The notes beneath the pieces are model-generated. The model saw only the letters and a list, made by a program, of their open reading frames with translations, was not told the DNA's origin and ran no database searches. From Candidatus Nomurabacteria bacterium (lineage in GTDB: Bacteria; Patescibacteriota; Minisyncoccia; Phycocordibacterales; UBA918), in assembly GCA_020631995.1 (NCBI GenBank), contig JACKGJ010000001.1, positions 12,751 through 76,750 on the forward strand: DNA of 64,000 nucleotides, written 5' to 3'. Within the stretch, counting starts at the first letter, position 1. Each line of letters starts with the position of its first letter. Below are positions 49,587-59,001 of the stretch, in pieces. Both the position numbers and the translations under genes were made by a program.

Positions 49587-50480
49587 GTGGAAAATAAACC
49601 CAAAATACTAGTCATAGTCGGACCCACTGCCTCCGGTAAAACTTCCCTATCAATTGAACTCGCCAAACAATTTAATGGCGAGGTGATTTCGGCTGATTCA
49701 CGTCAGGTTTATAAAGGTTTAGATATTGGTTCAGCGAAAGTAACAAAGGAGGAAATGGATGGTATTCCACACCACTTGATTGATATCGCTAACCCTAAAG
49801 ACACATACAACGCCTCTGATTTTAAACGCGAAGCGGAGAAAGCTATTAGTGATATTTTATCGCGAGGAAAGCTCCCGATTATTTGCGGAGGTACCTTTTT
49901 CTATATTGATGCACTTTTAAGTAAGGTCAGTTTGCCTGAAGTAGAGCCAAACGAAATACTCCGCACTGAGCTTGAAGAAAAAAGTGTTGCTGAACTATTG
50001 TCTATTCTAGAAAAACTCGACCCAGTGCGAGCCAGTAATATTGAAAAAGATAATAAGAGACGATTAGTGAGGGCTATTGAAATAGCTGAGACATTAGGAA
50101 CCGTTCCACCACCACAGCTCGCTAATTCTCCATATGAAGTATTAACTATTGGCTTAGGAGTGGATATGACGACCCATGGTGAAGTACTTAAAAAGAGAAT
50201 TGAAGATAGACTCCAAATCGGAATGGTAGAAGAAGTTGAAGGCTTAGTTAATGCCGGAATAACTCACGATAAGCTCGATAGTTTCGGACTAGAATACCGG
50301 TATATTTCACGATACCTTCAAGGAAAAATGGAGTATGAAGACATGATAGATGAACTGACCATAAAGAGTCGTCAATTTGCCAAACGTCAGATGACTTGGC
50401 TTAAGCGTGACCAAACAATTAAGTGGTTTGAGAGAGGAGATAAGCACATCGTGGACGTTGTGAAAGAGTACCTAGGTTGA
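49587..50480 (+). CDS. miaA: tRNA dimethylallyltransferase MiaA
   Basis: P-loop GPTASGKTSLSIELA and ISADSRQVYKGLDIGSAK. Confidence 0.9.
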   Translation: MENKPKILVIVGPTASGKTSLSIELAKQFNGEVISADSRQVYKGLDIGSAKVTKEEMDGIPHHLIDIANPKDTYNASDFKREAEKAISDILSRGKLPIICGGTFFYIDALLSKVSLPEVEPNEILRTELEEKSVAELLSILEKLDPVRASNIEKDNKRRLVRAIEIAETLGTVPPPQLANSPYEVLTIGLGVDMTTHGEVLKKRIEDRLQIGMVEEVEGLVNAGITHDKLDSFGLEYRYISRYLQGKMEYEDMIDELTIKSRQFAKRQMTWLKRDQTIKWFERGDKHIVDVVKEYLG

Positions 50481-50502
50481 TACTATAGAAATAATAATTT
50501 AT

Positions 50503-51324
50503 ATGGCTATTTCTAAAGTTTCTGTGCTGGGATTTATATTAGCCTTAATGTTTTTACCTGCATTGGTAATGGCGCAAGATAGTGGACTGATTCCTTGCGG
50601 TTATGGTGACAATCCTTGCGACACTAGTGATGTCGCCAACTTTGTTAACGGACTGATTAGTTTTTTAATTCAAATGCTTGGCATCATCGCTGTTATTGTG
50701 ATGGTCTACGCTGGGTTCATGCTAGTGACCTCAGGTGGAGATGAAGGTCAGTGGACAAAAGCTAAGAGTCTATTTACCAACGTTGTCATCGGCATCGTTA
50801 TTATCTTGGCGGCCTGGTTAATAGTAGACACTATAATGAAAACGTTAACAGGAGACGGTCTAGATGTATGGGGACGACTTACTGGTGGAGAGTATGGAGT
50901 GGAAACTGCATTGGTGGATAATGGTGCAAGAGGAGTATCAGCGGGTCAGTACACCGATTCAGAAGCTCGTTCAGCTCTATCAGCCGCAGGCATTACTGTG
51001 TGGGAATCGGCACCTGGTAGAACACAACTAGGTGGGATGAATCAAGAAACAATAAGTGAGGCGATCAGATTAAGACAGACGTGCAACTGCTCGGTCATTG
51101 TGACTGGAGGAACGGAAAGCGGACATGCGGGAGGAACCTATAGCCACGGAAGTGGCTATAAAATTGACCTAGATGATACTGCAGCACTAACGAGTCATAT
51201 TAAAAACAACTACACACGCAGTGGCACCCGTAGTGGTGACGGAGCTATTCTTTATACTGATCCTTCGCGACCAGGGGTTGAGTACGCACTTGAGGGTGAT
51301 CATTGGGACATTACAGTCCGATAA
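50503..51324 (+). CDS. TrbC/VirB2-like pilin-like N-terminal module fused to a LAS/M15-like zinc-peptidase-like C-terminal domain
   Basis: Signal peptide plus hydrophobic helices, like the pilin paralogs at 62363-63826. C-terminus carries SHGSGYKID (H-x6-D) and EGDHW motifs. Confidence 0.45.
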   Translation: MAISKVSVLGFILALMFLPALVMAQDSGLIPCGYGDNPCDTSDVANFVNGLISFLIQMLGIIAVIVMVYAGFMLVTSGGDEGQWTKAKSLFTNVVIGIVIILAAWLIVDTIMKTLTGDGLDVWGRLTGGEYGVETALVDNGARGVSAGQYTDSEARSALSAAGITVWESAPGRTQLGGMNQETISEAIRLRQTCNCSVIVTGGTESGHAGGTYSHGSGYKIDLDDTAALTSHIKNNYTRSGTRSGDGAILYTDPSRPGVEYALEGDHWDITVR

Positions 51325-51377
51325 AAAAGTCATCATTTGACCAGAGGCGTAAACTACCATAGTATTCCTTTCCATAC

Positions 51378-51448
51378 GGGCCTATAGTTTAGAGGTAGAA
51401 TGCTGGTCTCCAAAACCAGCGGCCGAGGTTCGATTCCTCGTGGGCCCG
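51378..51448 (+). tRNA. tRNA-Trp (anticodon CCA)
   Basis: Acceptor GGGCCTA/TGGGCCC, U8, anticodon loop CTCCAAA, T-loop TTCGATT. Confidence 0.8.
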
Positions 51449-51496
51449 CAAAGACAAAACACAAAAGGAGCCAGCTGAAGTTGGCTCCTTTTGTGT

Positions 51497-51529
51497 TTTA
51501 GCAAGCAAACTGCTTTGCTTGCGAGTCTT
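51497..51529. repeat. Small hairpin repeat element, copy 2
   Basis: agcaagcaaa-ctgc-tttgcttgcg followed by agtctttg. Confidence 0.5.
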
Positions 51530-51723
51530 TGCGGGAGCCGGAGACATGTTTCAGGCTCATTTCCTAGAGCCTGAAACGGTCGAGGCGGGGTCGAGAGTAC
51601 TTAATGCTCGCAACTAGCGAAGCTAGTGAGAACATTTAGTAACTCGTGACCGCCGAACACACTGAGTTAAAAGATTCCTGACCGAACTTCCTCGTGGACC
51701 ATCGAGTAAATTCAAAGTTAAAA

Positions 51724-51760
51724 AGAAAAACCACCTTTCTCACTAGGAAGGTGGTTTTTC
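51724..51760. terminator. Bidirectional terminator next to tRNA-Tyr
   Basis: aaaaa-ccaccttt-loop-aaggtgg-ttttt. Confidence 0.65.
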
Positions 51761-51765
51761 ATATG

Positions 51766-51848
51766 TGCGCCGGGAAGGATTCGAACCTTCGTAGGCCGAA
51801 GCCGACAGGTTTACAGCCTGTTGTAATTGACCACTCTACCACCGACGC
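51766..51848 (-). tRNA. tRNA-Tyr (anticodon GTA), type II
   Basis: Acceptor GCGTCGG/CCGGCGC, anticodon loop CTGTAAA, long variable arm TCGGCTTCGGCCT, T-loop TTCGAAT. Confidence 0.75.
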
Positions 51849-51962
51849 ATTTATTTACTGAGTACCCACCTTTTTTCTGTGCTGACCGATTCTATCAAAT
51901 AACCACGATATCGCAATGTTAGAAAAAACCGTAGCTTTACGCTACGGCTTTTTCTTATTCAA

Positions 51963-54650
51963 CTACGTCGTCTTCTGATTACTCAGCTTAACTGGCGACG
52001 GTATCCTTCTTCCCTTTTTCTTAGTGTCGAAGTAGAGTTCACCATTTTTCATTCCGACCTTAACGGTGCCACCCTTCAGCATTCCTTGATTAATCATCAT
52101 ATTAGCAACCGGTGTCAGAATCTTAGACTGAATTACACGCTTGAGTGGTCTGGCACCAAACTTAGGATCATATCCCTCTCGAGCCAGATACTCGAGCACC
52201 TCGTCGCTTACCGACAAATCAATCTCCTTGGAAGCCAAGCGCTTCACGACCTTATCTACCTGCATCTTCACAATGTCTGAAATAACAGCTGGAGAAAGAA
52301 TGTCGAAGACGATAATTTCATCGAGGCGGTTAAGGAATTCTGGACGGAAGAAATTCTTTAGACTCTCCATTACCTTGTCCTTGGCACGACCGTATTGAGA
52401 GTTATCATCATGACTTTCTTGGAAACCGAAGTTAGACATCTTGTCGATGTGCTCAGCACCAATGTTAGAAGTCATTATGATGATGGTGTTCTTGAAATTC
52501 ACCTTACGACCCTTAGCGTCAGTCAAGTGACCAGAATCTAGTACTTGGAGCAAGACGTTAAACACCTCTGGGTGTGCCTTCTCAACTTCATCCAGTAGCA
52601 CTACGGCGTAAGGTCGGTGACGGATACGCTCAGTGATTGAACCACCTTCTTCGTGACCCACGTAACCAGGAGGAGAACCAATGATTTTAGAAACTGAGTG
52701 CTTCTCCATAAACTCACTCATATCGATACGAATCACGGCTTCTTGGTCATCGAACATAAACTCTGCCAAAGCCCGTGAGAGCTCGGTTTTTCCGACTCCA
52801 GTCGGTCCTAAGAAGAGGAATGACCCAATAGGTCTATCTGGGTCCGCAATGCCGGCACGAGAGCGTTTAACCGCATTAGCGACTAGTTGTACTGCGTTGT
52901 CTTGACCAACCACCTTCTTTTTAAGTTCTTCCTCCATTCGAGAGAGCTTCTCAGCTTCTGCTTCCAACATTCGAGCCACTGGTATACCAGTCCAACGAGA
53001 AACCACCATTGCAATATCTTCCTCAGTAACTTCCTCACGAAGGACACGTCGACTACGTTGTAGTTTACGCAAACGAGTAGTTTGTGCTTCAAGTTGTTTC
53101 TCGAGTGACGGTATAGTGCTGTAGCGAATCTCAGCGGCGCGAGTTAAGTCAGCTCCCGCTTCAGAGGAATCTGCTTCGAGTCGGAGCGTTTCCAACTCTT
53201 TTTTAATTCTACCTATGTCTCCTAGTGATTCCTTTTCACTTTGCCACTTAGTCTGCAGAGTTTTTGTCTTGTCTTTAAGTTCCGCTATTTCTTTTTCAAT
53301 ATTCTTTAGACGGAGTTTAACCTTATCTGGTTTATCACTTAAAGTCTCCTCTTTTCTAAGAGCTTCCCTTTCAATTTCAAGTCGACGAACCTGTCTATCT
53401 GTCACTTCAAGCTCTTCTGGTTTGTTTTCGAGTGAAATACGTAAAGCAGATGCAGCTTCATCAATAAGGTCTACGGCCTTGTCAGGCAAGAAACGGTCGG
53501 TGATGTAGCGACTGGAAAGGTTAACGGCAGCGAGAATAGCGTCATCGGTAATACGCACCCCATGGAAGAGTTCGTACTTTTCAGTGATGCCACGCAAAAT
53601 CGCTACTGCATCTTCAATTGAAGGCTCGTTAACAAAGATTGGTTGGAAGCGTCGAGTCAAAGCTGGGTCGCGCTCAATATACTTTTGGTATTCCTTTAAA
53701 GTTGTAGCTCCAATGATTCGGACCTCTCCACGAGCTAAGGCTGGCTTTAGCATATTGCTGGCATCCATCGAACCCTCTGCCGCACCCGCACCCACAATAG
53801 TGTGGAGCTCATCAATAAAGAGAATGATGTTTCCTTCTGATTGTTCCACCTCTTTCATTACGGCCTTTAGGCGCTCTTCAAACTCTCCACGGAATTTTGT
53901 ACCAGCGACCAAGAGTCCGAGGTCTAGTGAGAGAATTTCTTTTCCTCGAATTGATTCTGGAGCAGTACCTTGTGCAATTATTTGCGCCAAACCTTCAGCG
54001 ATGGCTGTCTTTCCCACTCCGGCTTCACCAATTAAGATTGGGTTGTTCTTAGTGCGCCGAGACAAAATCTGAACCACTCTTTGCACCTCAACGTCGCGAC
54101 CAATAACCGGGTCTAATTTATTTTCAGCAGCTAACTGGGTGAGGTTGCGTGTATAGCGATTGAGGGAACGATTCTTCTTAGGTTGTTCAGCATCAGAAAT
54201 AGAATGTTCACGAACATCCTTAAGAGTTTTTAATACCTGCTTTTTGTCCAAGTTTGAGCGCTGAAGTACTTCAATCGCTGGTCCCGGAGATTCTAGAGCT
54301 GATAGGAATAGGTGTTCCGGACCAACATAAGAGTCACCTAACTCCTCCGCCACTTTACCAGCGTGTTCAAGCGCTTTAGCTAATTCGGGAGTTAAGTACA
54401 GTTGGTATGAGCTCGCAACCGAACTAGACATTTCGGTTCCCTCTAAAGCTTCTAGAAGTAAATCAGTAAAGGCAATAATATCAACATCCAGTCTATCTAA
54501 AACTGCAATGACTGTACTTTCATCCTGCATCGACAAAGCCGCCAGTAGGTGAACTGGACTAACGTGATTTTGCCCGCGTTCTATTGCGAGTTCGTGTGCC
54601 TTGCGGATTGCCTCCTTGGCACGCGTTGTGAAGTTGTGAAAATTTGGCAC
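51963..54650 (-). CDS. clpB: ATP-dependent chaperone ClpB
   Basis: Clp N-domain, two AAA modules ([16 protein letters not shown]), middle coiled coil. 895 aa. Confidence 0.95.
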   Translation of the reverse strand: MPNFHNFTTRAKEAIRKAHELAIERGQNHVSPVHLLAALSMQDESTVIAVLDRLDVDIIAFTDLLLEALEGTEMSSSVASSYQLYLTPELAKALEHAGKVAEELGDSYVGPEHLFLSALESPGPAIEVLQRSNLDKKQVLKTLKDVREHSISDAEQPKKNRSLNRYTRNLTQLAAENKLDPVIGRDVEVQRVVQILSRRTKNNPILIGEAGVGKTAIAEGLAQIIAQGTAPESIRGKEILSLDLGLLVAGTKFRGEFEERLKAVMKEVEQSEGNIILFIDELHTIVGAGAAEGSMDASNMLKPALARGEVRIIGATTLKEYQKYIERDPALTRRFQPIFVNEPSIEDAVAILRGITEKYELFHGVRITDDAILAAVNLSSRYITDRFLPDKAVDLIDEAASALRISLENKPEELEVTDRQVRRLEIEREALRKEETLSDKPDKVKLRLKNIEKEIAELKDKTKTLQTKWQSEKESLGDIGRIKKELETLRLEADSSEAGADLTRAAEIRYSTIPSLEKQLEAQTTRLRKLQRSRRVLREEVTEEDIAMVVSRWTGIPVARMLEAEAEKLSRMEEELKKKVVGQDNAVQLVANAVKRSRAGIADPDRPIGSFLFLGPTGVGKTELSRALAEFMFDDQEAVIRIDMSEFMEKHSVSKIIGSPPGYVGHEEGGSITERIRHRPYAVVLLDEVEKAHPEVFNVLLQVLDSGHLTDAKGRKVNFKNTIIIMTSNIGAEHIDKMSNFGFQESHDDNSQYGRAKDKVMESLKNFFRPEFLNRLDEIIVFDILSPAVISDIVKMQVDKVVKRLASKEIDLSVSDEVLEYLAREGYDPKFGARPLKRVIQSKILTPVANMMINQGMLKGGTVKVGMKNGELYFDTKKKGRRIPSPVKLSNQKTT

Positions 54651-54746
54651 GTTAAAAAGAATTAGTTTCCAATCTGAAAGACAGTCCTCATATCATTCAT
54701 TACGTCTGGGCAGTCGGTGTCTTTCAATACTATATTGCAACAAAAC

Positions 54747-55973
54747 CTATGCTAGGTCAAAGTTAACTTCCTGCATTCGAGCAATATGCTTCTTTAAAGC
54801 CAAAGTAGTTGCTCGTAACTCTCCATAAGTAGTGTCTGGACCAAGAGTAAAACGAATAGTGGAACTGGCTCTGCTCAAGTCCCCAGTCATCGAAAATACA
54901 ACGTGAGAATACCCGCCACCGGCACCACTGCAGGCACTCTTGGTACTAGCAGCAATACCTGCCACATCTAAGGAAACTACAGCAAACTCTGTATCGAGTC
55001 CTGGGATAGAAACATTTATATTGTTCGGTAAGCGACTACTTGATGAGCCGTTTAGAACAACTGAATCGATATTTTGTAGTTCACGAATCCATCGATCACG
55101 CATTTTTTGTGTTCTCCCGCCGAGCTTCTTGTATTCTTCCTGCGCTAAAGTAATCGCCAAAGATGCACCGACTATAGAAGCGACTGGTTCTGTTCCGGGA
55201 CGCAGACCCTTTTCTTGAGAACCGCCGAAACTGACGCCCGAGAGCTTCGCCCGTGGGCGCGCTACCAAAACCCCTATACCTTTAGGTCCACGACACTTGC
55301 CGGCATCTAGCGTCATCATATCTACATACAAAGCGTCCAACGCACACGGGAGCCATAGTGGAGCCTGCGAGGCATCGGTGTGAAATAGCACCAATAGTCC
55401 ATTCTCTTTCTCAAAAGCTTTGATGGCGCGCCCAATTCCCGATAGATCTTGTACCACTCCAGTTTCGCTATTGGCGTACGCAATACTAACTAGGCGAGTT
55501 CTCGGAGAGAGTAACTTTTTAAATTCACTAAGTACCACAAGACCGTCTTGATCAATTGGAGTATGAAATATTTTCACACCCATACTTTCAAGTTCCTTTA
55601 AAGTATTCAATACAGACGGATGTTCAGTGGCTAGTGTTATTAGCTCAATTTCTTCAGTACGCACACCACCCTTCTTCATTGCTTCTACCGCTCCCTTAAG
55701 AGCTAAATTGTTACTCTCGGTACCTCCTGAGGTGAATATCACATCGTCGTGTCGCACTCGCAAAGAGGTAGCCAGACTTTGACGAGCGGTTTCAAGTGCT
55801 TCTTTAGCTTTTTGCCCCTCCCTATGTATGGCACTAGCATTAGCAAAAACCTCCCTATCGCAAAGAGACATTGCCCTTCTCACCTCTTCTCTAACAGGTG
55901 TGGCTGCTGCATAGTCCAGATATATCCGTTTCGGAGCAAGGAACCTAGAAAAAGCATTAGTAAATATACGCAT
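54747..55973 (-). CDS. Cysteine desulfurase (class V aminotransferase, NifS/IscS-like)
   Basis: YLDYAATTPV N-terminus, PLP-lysine region, active-site Cys loop (STKSACSGAGGGYSHV). Confidence 0.85.
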   Translation of the reverse strand: MRIFTNAFSRFLAPKRIYLDYAAATPVREEVRRAMSLCDREVFANASAIHREGQKAKEALETARQSLATSLRVRHDDVIFTSGGTESNNLALKGAVEAMKKGGVRTEEIELITLATEHPSVLNTLKELESMGVKIFHTPIDQDGLVVLSEFKKLLSPRTRLVSIAYANSETGVVQDLSGIGRAIKAFEKENGLLVLFHTDASQAPLWLPCALDALYVDMMTLDAGKCRGPKGIGVLVARPRAKLSGVSFGGSQEKGLRPGTEPVASIVGASLAITLAQEEYKKLGGRTQKMRDRWIRELQNIDSVVLNGSSSSRLPNNINVSIPGLDTEFAVVSLDVAGIAASTKSACSGAGGGYSHVVFSMTGDLSRASSTIRFTLGPDTTYGELRATTLALKKHIARMQEVNFDLA

Positions 55974-56033
55974 GGGCTACACAATGCCACAGGTTCTAAA
56001 TTCTGCCAATATGTGGTAGAGTGCCAATGTTTT

Positions 56034-57533
56034 ATGGCTAAGAACAAAACTCAAGAACCAAATATTGTGAAGCGTCCACCAATAGTAGTGGTGATGGGTC
56101 ATATCGACCACGGAAAATCTACTTTACTCGACTTCATTAGGAAGGCGAACGTTGTTGAAGGTGAAGCTGGTGGTATCACCCAGCATCTTTCTGCTTATGT
56201 GGCTAACCACACAACCAAGGAAGGTAATACAGAAGCTATTACCTTCTTAGATACCCCAGGACACGAAGCGTTTCAGAAAATGCGTCTGCGCGGTGCCGAC
56301 TTAGCTGATGTGGCTATATTAGTTGTATCTGCTGAAGACGGAGTGAAGCCACAGACTATGGAGGCTTTAGCGAGTATTGAAGCTGCTGGAATTCCTTTCA
56401 TTGTGGCTATCAACAAAATCGACAAGCCTGGTGCCGACCTTCCTCGCACTCAATCATCTTTGATCGAAAGCGGAATATACATCGAAGGAATGGGCGGAGA
56501 TATTCCCTGGACCGCTATTTCAGCCAAGGAAGGTACTGGAGTAAATGAGTTGTTGGACTTAGTGGTGTTAACTGCCGACCTTGCTGACCTCACCGCTGAC
56601 ACTAACGCTCCGGCAGAAGGAAAAGTAATTGAAGCCAAGCTTGATAAGAAGCGTGGAAACACTGCTACTCTTATCGTTAGTAAAGGAACACTCCGTTCTG
56701 GAGAGTTTGTCGTATCCGGCAAAAGTTTCTCTCCAGTTAGAATAATGGAAGACTTTGCTGGTCGAACTATCAAAGAAGCCGGACTATCCGTACCAGTTAA
56801 AATCGTTGGCTGGAACGAGACTCCAAATGTTGGAGATAATTTTGTGACCGTAGCCAATAAAAAAGCTGCTGAAGAGTTAATTTCCTTAATTGAAGATAAG
56901 AAAGTTGCACAATCTGGTGAAGCCTCACAATTACCAACTGTTCCGCTACTTATCAAAGCTGACGTAAGTGGAACAATCGATGCTATCTTGCACGAACTAG
57001 CTAAATTCGAATCTGATCGTATATCAGTGAAGATTATTGATACTGCGGTGGGAGACGTCAGCGTAGCTGATGTACAAAATGTTAGCGCCACCAAGAACGC
57101 CATCATTGTTGGGTTTAACGTGAAGGTAGAAAGACCGGCTCAAGACCTAGCAGAAAGACTAGGTGTAGAAATTGATACTTTTAAAATCATTTACGAGTTA
57201 TCAGAGTGGCTCAATACTGCTCTCAAAAACCGTACCCCTACACGTGAAGAAGAGGTGGTAACTGGTCGCGCTAAAATCATCCGACACTTTAGCGTACAAC
57301 GCTACACCCATGTACTAGGTGGTCGTGTCGAAGAAGGTGTAATCAAACTTGGTCAGGAAGTACGTATTATGCGTCGTGACATTAAGATTGGTGAGGGTGA
57401 AATCAAAAATATTCAACAAGCGAAGTCTGATGTTAATGAAGTAAAAGAAGGTGAATTTGGTATGCAACTTCAGACCAAAACTGAAATTGCAGCCGGTGAC
57501 CATATTGAGGCATTTGACACCGTCATTAATTAA
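56034..57533 (+). CDS. infB: Translation initiation factor IF-2 (short form, ~499 aa)
   Basis: G domain VVVMGHIDHGKSTLLD, DTPGHEAF, NKID, domains II to C2. Start set at MAKNKTQ (56034) rather than the track ORF start, which overlaps the divergent desulfurase gene. Confidence 0.9.
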   Translation: MAKNKTQEPNIVKRPPIVVVMGHIDHGKSTLLDFIRKANVVEGEAGGITQHLSAYVANHTTKEGNTEAITFLDTPGHEAFQKMRLRGADLADVAILVVSAEDGVKPQTMEALASIEAAGIPFIVAINKIDKPGADLPRTQSSLIESGIYIEGMGGDIPWTAISAKEGTGVNELLDLVVLTADLADLTADTNAPAEGKVIEAKLDKKRGNTATLIVSKGTLRSGEFVVSGKSFSPVRIMEDFAGRTIKEAGLSVPVKIVGWNETPNVGDNFVTVANKKAAEELISLIEDKKVAQSGEASQLPTVPLLIKADVSGTIDAILHELAKFESDRISVKIIDTAVGDVSVADVQNVSATKNAIIVGFNVKVERPAQDLAERLGVEIDTFKIIYELSEWLNTALKNRTPTREEEVVTGRAKIIRHFSVQRYTHVLGGRVEEGVIKLGQEVRIMRRDIKIGEGEIKNIQQAKSDVNEVKEGEFGMQLQTKTEIAAGDHIEAFDTVIN

Positions 57534-57538
57534 CAAGT

Positions 57539-57868
57539 ATGACTGACAGGCACCAACGTGTAGAATCACTACTTAGAGAGCTAGCCGCTGAGTTTATACT
57601 CGGTGAAGCTAACACCAATCCTCTAATTACCGTCACTCAAGTAACTATTTCACCGAACTACCGTAACGCGACAGTATTCTTCACTACCGTACCAGAAGAC
57701 CGTGAGCAAGATGCTTTAGTCTTTATGCAGAGATGTGGAGGGTTACTACGGCAATTTGTGAAGAAAAAGAGCAACCTCAAGTTCATCCCAGATTTTAAAT
57801 TTTCAATTGATAGTGGAGAACGAGCACGACAGCAGATAGATGAGATTGCTAATAAGATAAAGGAATAA
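57539..57868 (+). CDS. rbfA: Ribosome-binding factor A
   Basis: 109 aa immediately downstream of infB. RVESLLRELAAEFI N-terminus typical of RbfA. Confidence 0.7.
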   Translation: MTDRHQRVESLLRELAAEFILGEANTNPLITVTQVTISPNYRNATVFFTTVPEDREQDALVFMQRCGGLLRQFVKKKSNLKFIPDFKFSIDSGERARQQIDEIANKIKE

Positions 57869-57879
57869 GTAAGAGAAAC

Positions 57880-57917
57880 AAAAACACCGTGGGCCAAAGG
57901 CCCACGGTGTTTTTGTT
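57880..57917. terminator. Intrinsic terminator after rbfA
   Basis: acaccgtgggcc-aaa-ggcccacggtgt followed by TTTTTG. Confidence 0.8.
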
Positions 57918-57954
57918 TAAAACCAGCATAAGCTATGTTTTAGATTTTCCATTG

Positions 57955-58035
57955 TGCGTGGGAGAGGACTCGAACCTCCACGGATTGCTCCACTGGTTCC
58001 TAAGACCAGCGCGGCTACCATTACGCCACCCACGC
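57955..58035 (-). tRNA. tRNA-Leu (anticodon TAG), type II
   Basis: Acceptor GCGTGGG/CCCACGC, anticodon loop CTTAGGA, long variable arm, T-loop TTCGAGT. Confidence 0.8.
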
Positions 58036-58105
58036 GTGAAAAAGATGTTAACATTAATTCCTGTAGGTTGAAAGTGTTTAGAATATGGCGTAATATAGCG
58101 CAACT

Positions 58106-58178
58106 CCGCCCATAGCTCAGCTGGTAGAGCAGACGACTCTTAATCGTAAGGTCCCAGGTTCGATCCCTGGTGGGCGGA
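58106..58178 (+). tRNA. tRNA-Lys (anticodon CTT)
   Basis: Acceptor CCGCCCA/TGGGCGG, D-arm GCTCAGCTGGTAGAGC, anticodon loop CTCTTAA, T-loop TTCGATC. Confidence 0.85.
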
Positions 58179-58250
58179 CAGCAGTAACCAAGAACGGCCA
58201 GACATATGTCTGTCCGTTCTTGATAAAGTACCTAACCACCAACTTTGATG

Positions 58251-58334
58251 TGCCGAGGATGGGACTTGAACCCATAAGAGCTTTCGCTCACAACATTTTA
58301 AGTGTTGCGCGTCTACCGATTTCGCCACCTCGGC
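58251..58334 (-). tRNA. tRNA-Leu (anticodon TAA), type II
   Basis: Acceptor GCCGAGG/CCTCGGC, anticodon loop CTTAAAA, long variable arm, T-loop TTCAAGT. Confidence 0.8.
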
Positions 58335-58804
58335 TTTTGTTGATTCATTCCTCGATGTGTTGGTTGTAAACTATGACAATTAGGACAAAGGATTCGTAAA
58401 TTCTCTAAACGATTGTCATAGCGATTACCATTAATATGGTCGAGTTCGACTGGAATCCTACCATCCTGTGAAGTTTTTGCCCAGCCACACATTTCGCATT
58501 TTGGTAGTTTTAATCCGTCGCGAAATAACCGTTTTTTAAGTTTAAAGCTTTGAAAGTTTGAATGGGCAACTAAAATATCCGTCATTGGTATCTGTGGCAC
58601 AAAATCAAACTTACGATTTTTACGCCAACCCATACCAGTAAAATGAGAAGTATCAATTTTCAACTCAGAGATAGTCGATTTTACCTGCTGATAATTACCT
58701 CCAGCGGGAACTAGACCAATTTTTATTAAAACTGCACGAATACTGTTAGAATCCTTAACTGCCTTGATGAGTTGTGTATTTGTCCATTTGCGTTTACGCT
58801 TCAT
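58313..58804 (-). CDS. HNH homing-endonuclease-like protein
   Basis: C-terminal ELDHINGNRYDNRLENLRILCPNCH, an HNH motif. Basic N-terminal HTH-like module. Start trimmed to MKRKRKW. The 3' end overlaps tRNA-Leu(TAA) by about 20 nt. Confidence 0.6.
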   Translation of the reverse strand: MKRKRKWTNTQLIKAVKDSNSIRAVLIKIGLVPAGGNYQQVKSTISELKIDTSHFTGMGWRKNRKFDFVPQIPMTDILVAHSNFQSFKLKKRLFRDGLKLPKCEMCGWAKTSQDGRIPVELDHINGNRYDNRLENLRILCPNCHSLQPTHRGMNQQKPRWRNR

Positions 58805-58898
58805 AATGGCATACATATGAATACTTATATACACATAAGTATTCCACAAACAATTTAGTTCAAAAAGTTACTAAATGGTGATAAAGTAACTTGCACCT

Positions 58899-58970
58899 GG
58901 CCGGGTGGCGAAGTGGTAACGCAGCGGTTTGCAAAACCGATATGCACGGGTTCAATTCCCGTCCCGGCCT
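58899..58970 (+). tRNA. tRNA-Cys (anticodon GCA)
   Basis: Acceptor GGCCGGG/CCCGGCC, anticodon loop TTGCAAA, T-loop TTCAATT. Confidence 0.8.
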
Positions 58971-59001
58971 CAAAATTGACGGAGGAAAATCTATTTTTGT
59001 A

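Noticed and set aside
52086-54072. Plus-strand ORFs overlapping clpB, and similar antisense ORFs overlapping infB, topA, parB, dnaX, glmS, GH3 and other genes
   Set aside because: Antisense ORFs within confidently identified long genes. Ser/Arg-rich translations and no independent signals.
55749-56033. N-terminal 95-aa extension of the infB ORF, and the 82-aa extension of the dsbA-like ORF (21490-21735)
   Set aside because: The extensions overlap divergently transcribed neighbours and are low-complexity. Conserved protein starts (MAKNKTQ..., MLKKHFWK...) are internal.
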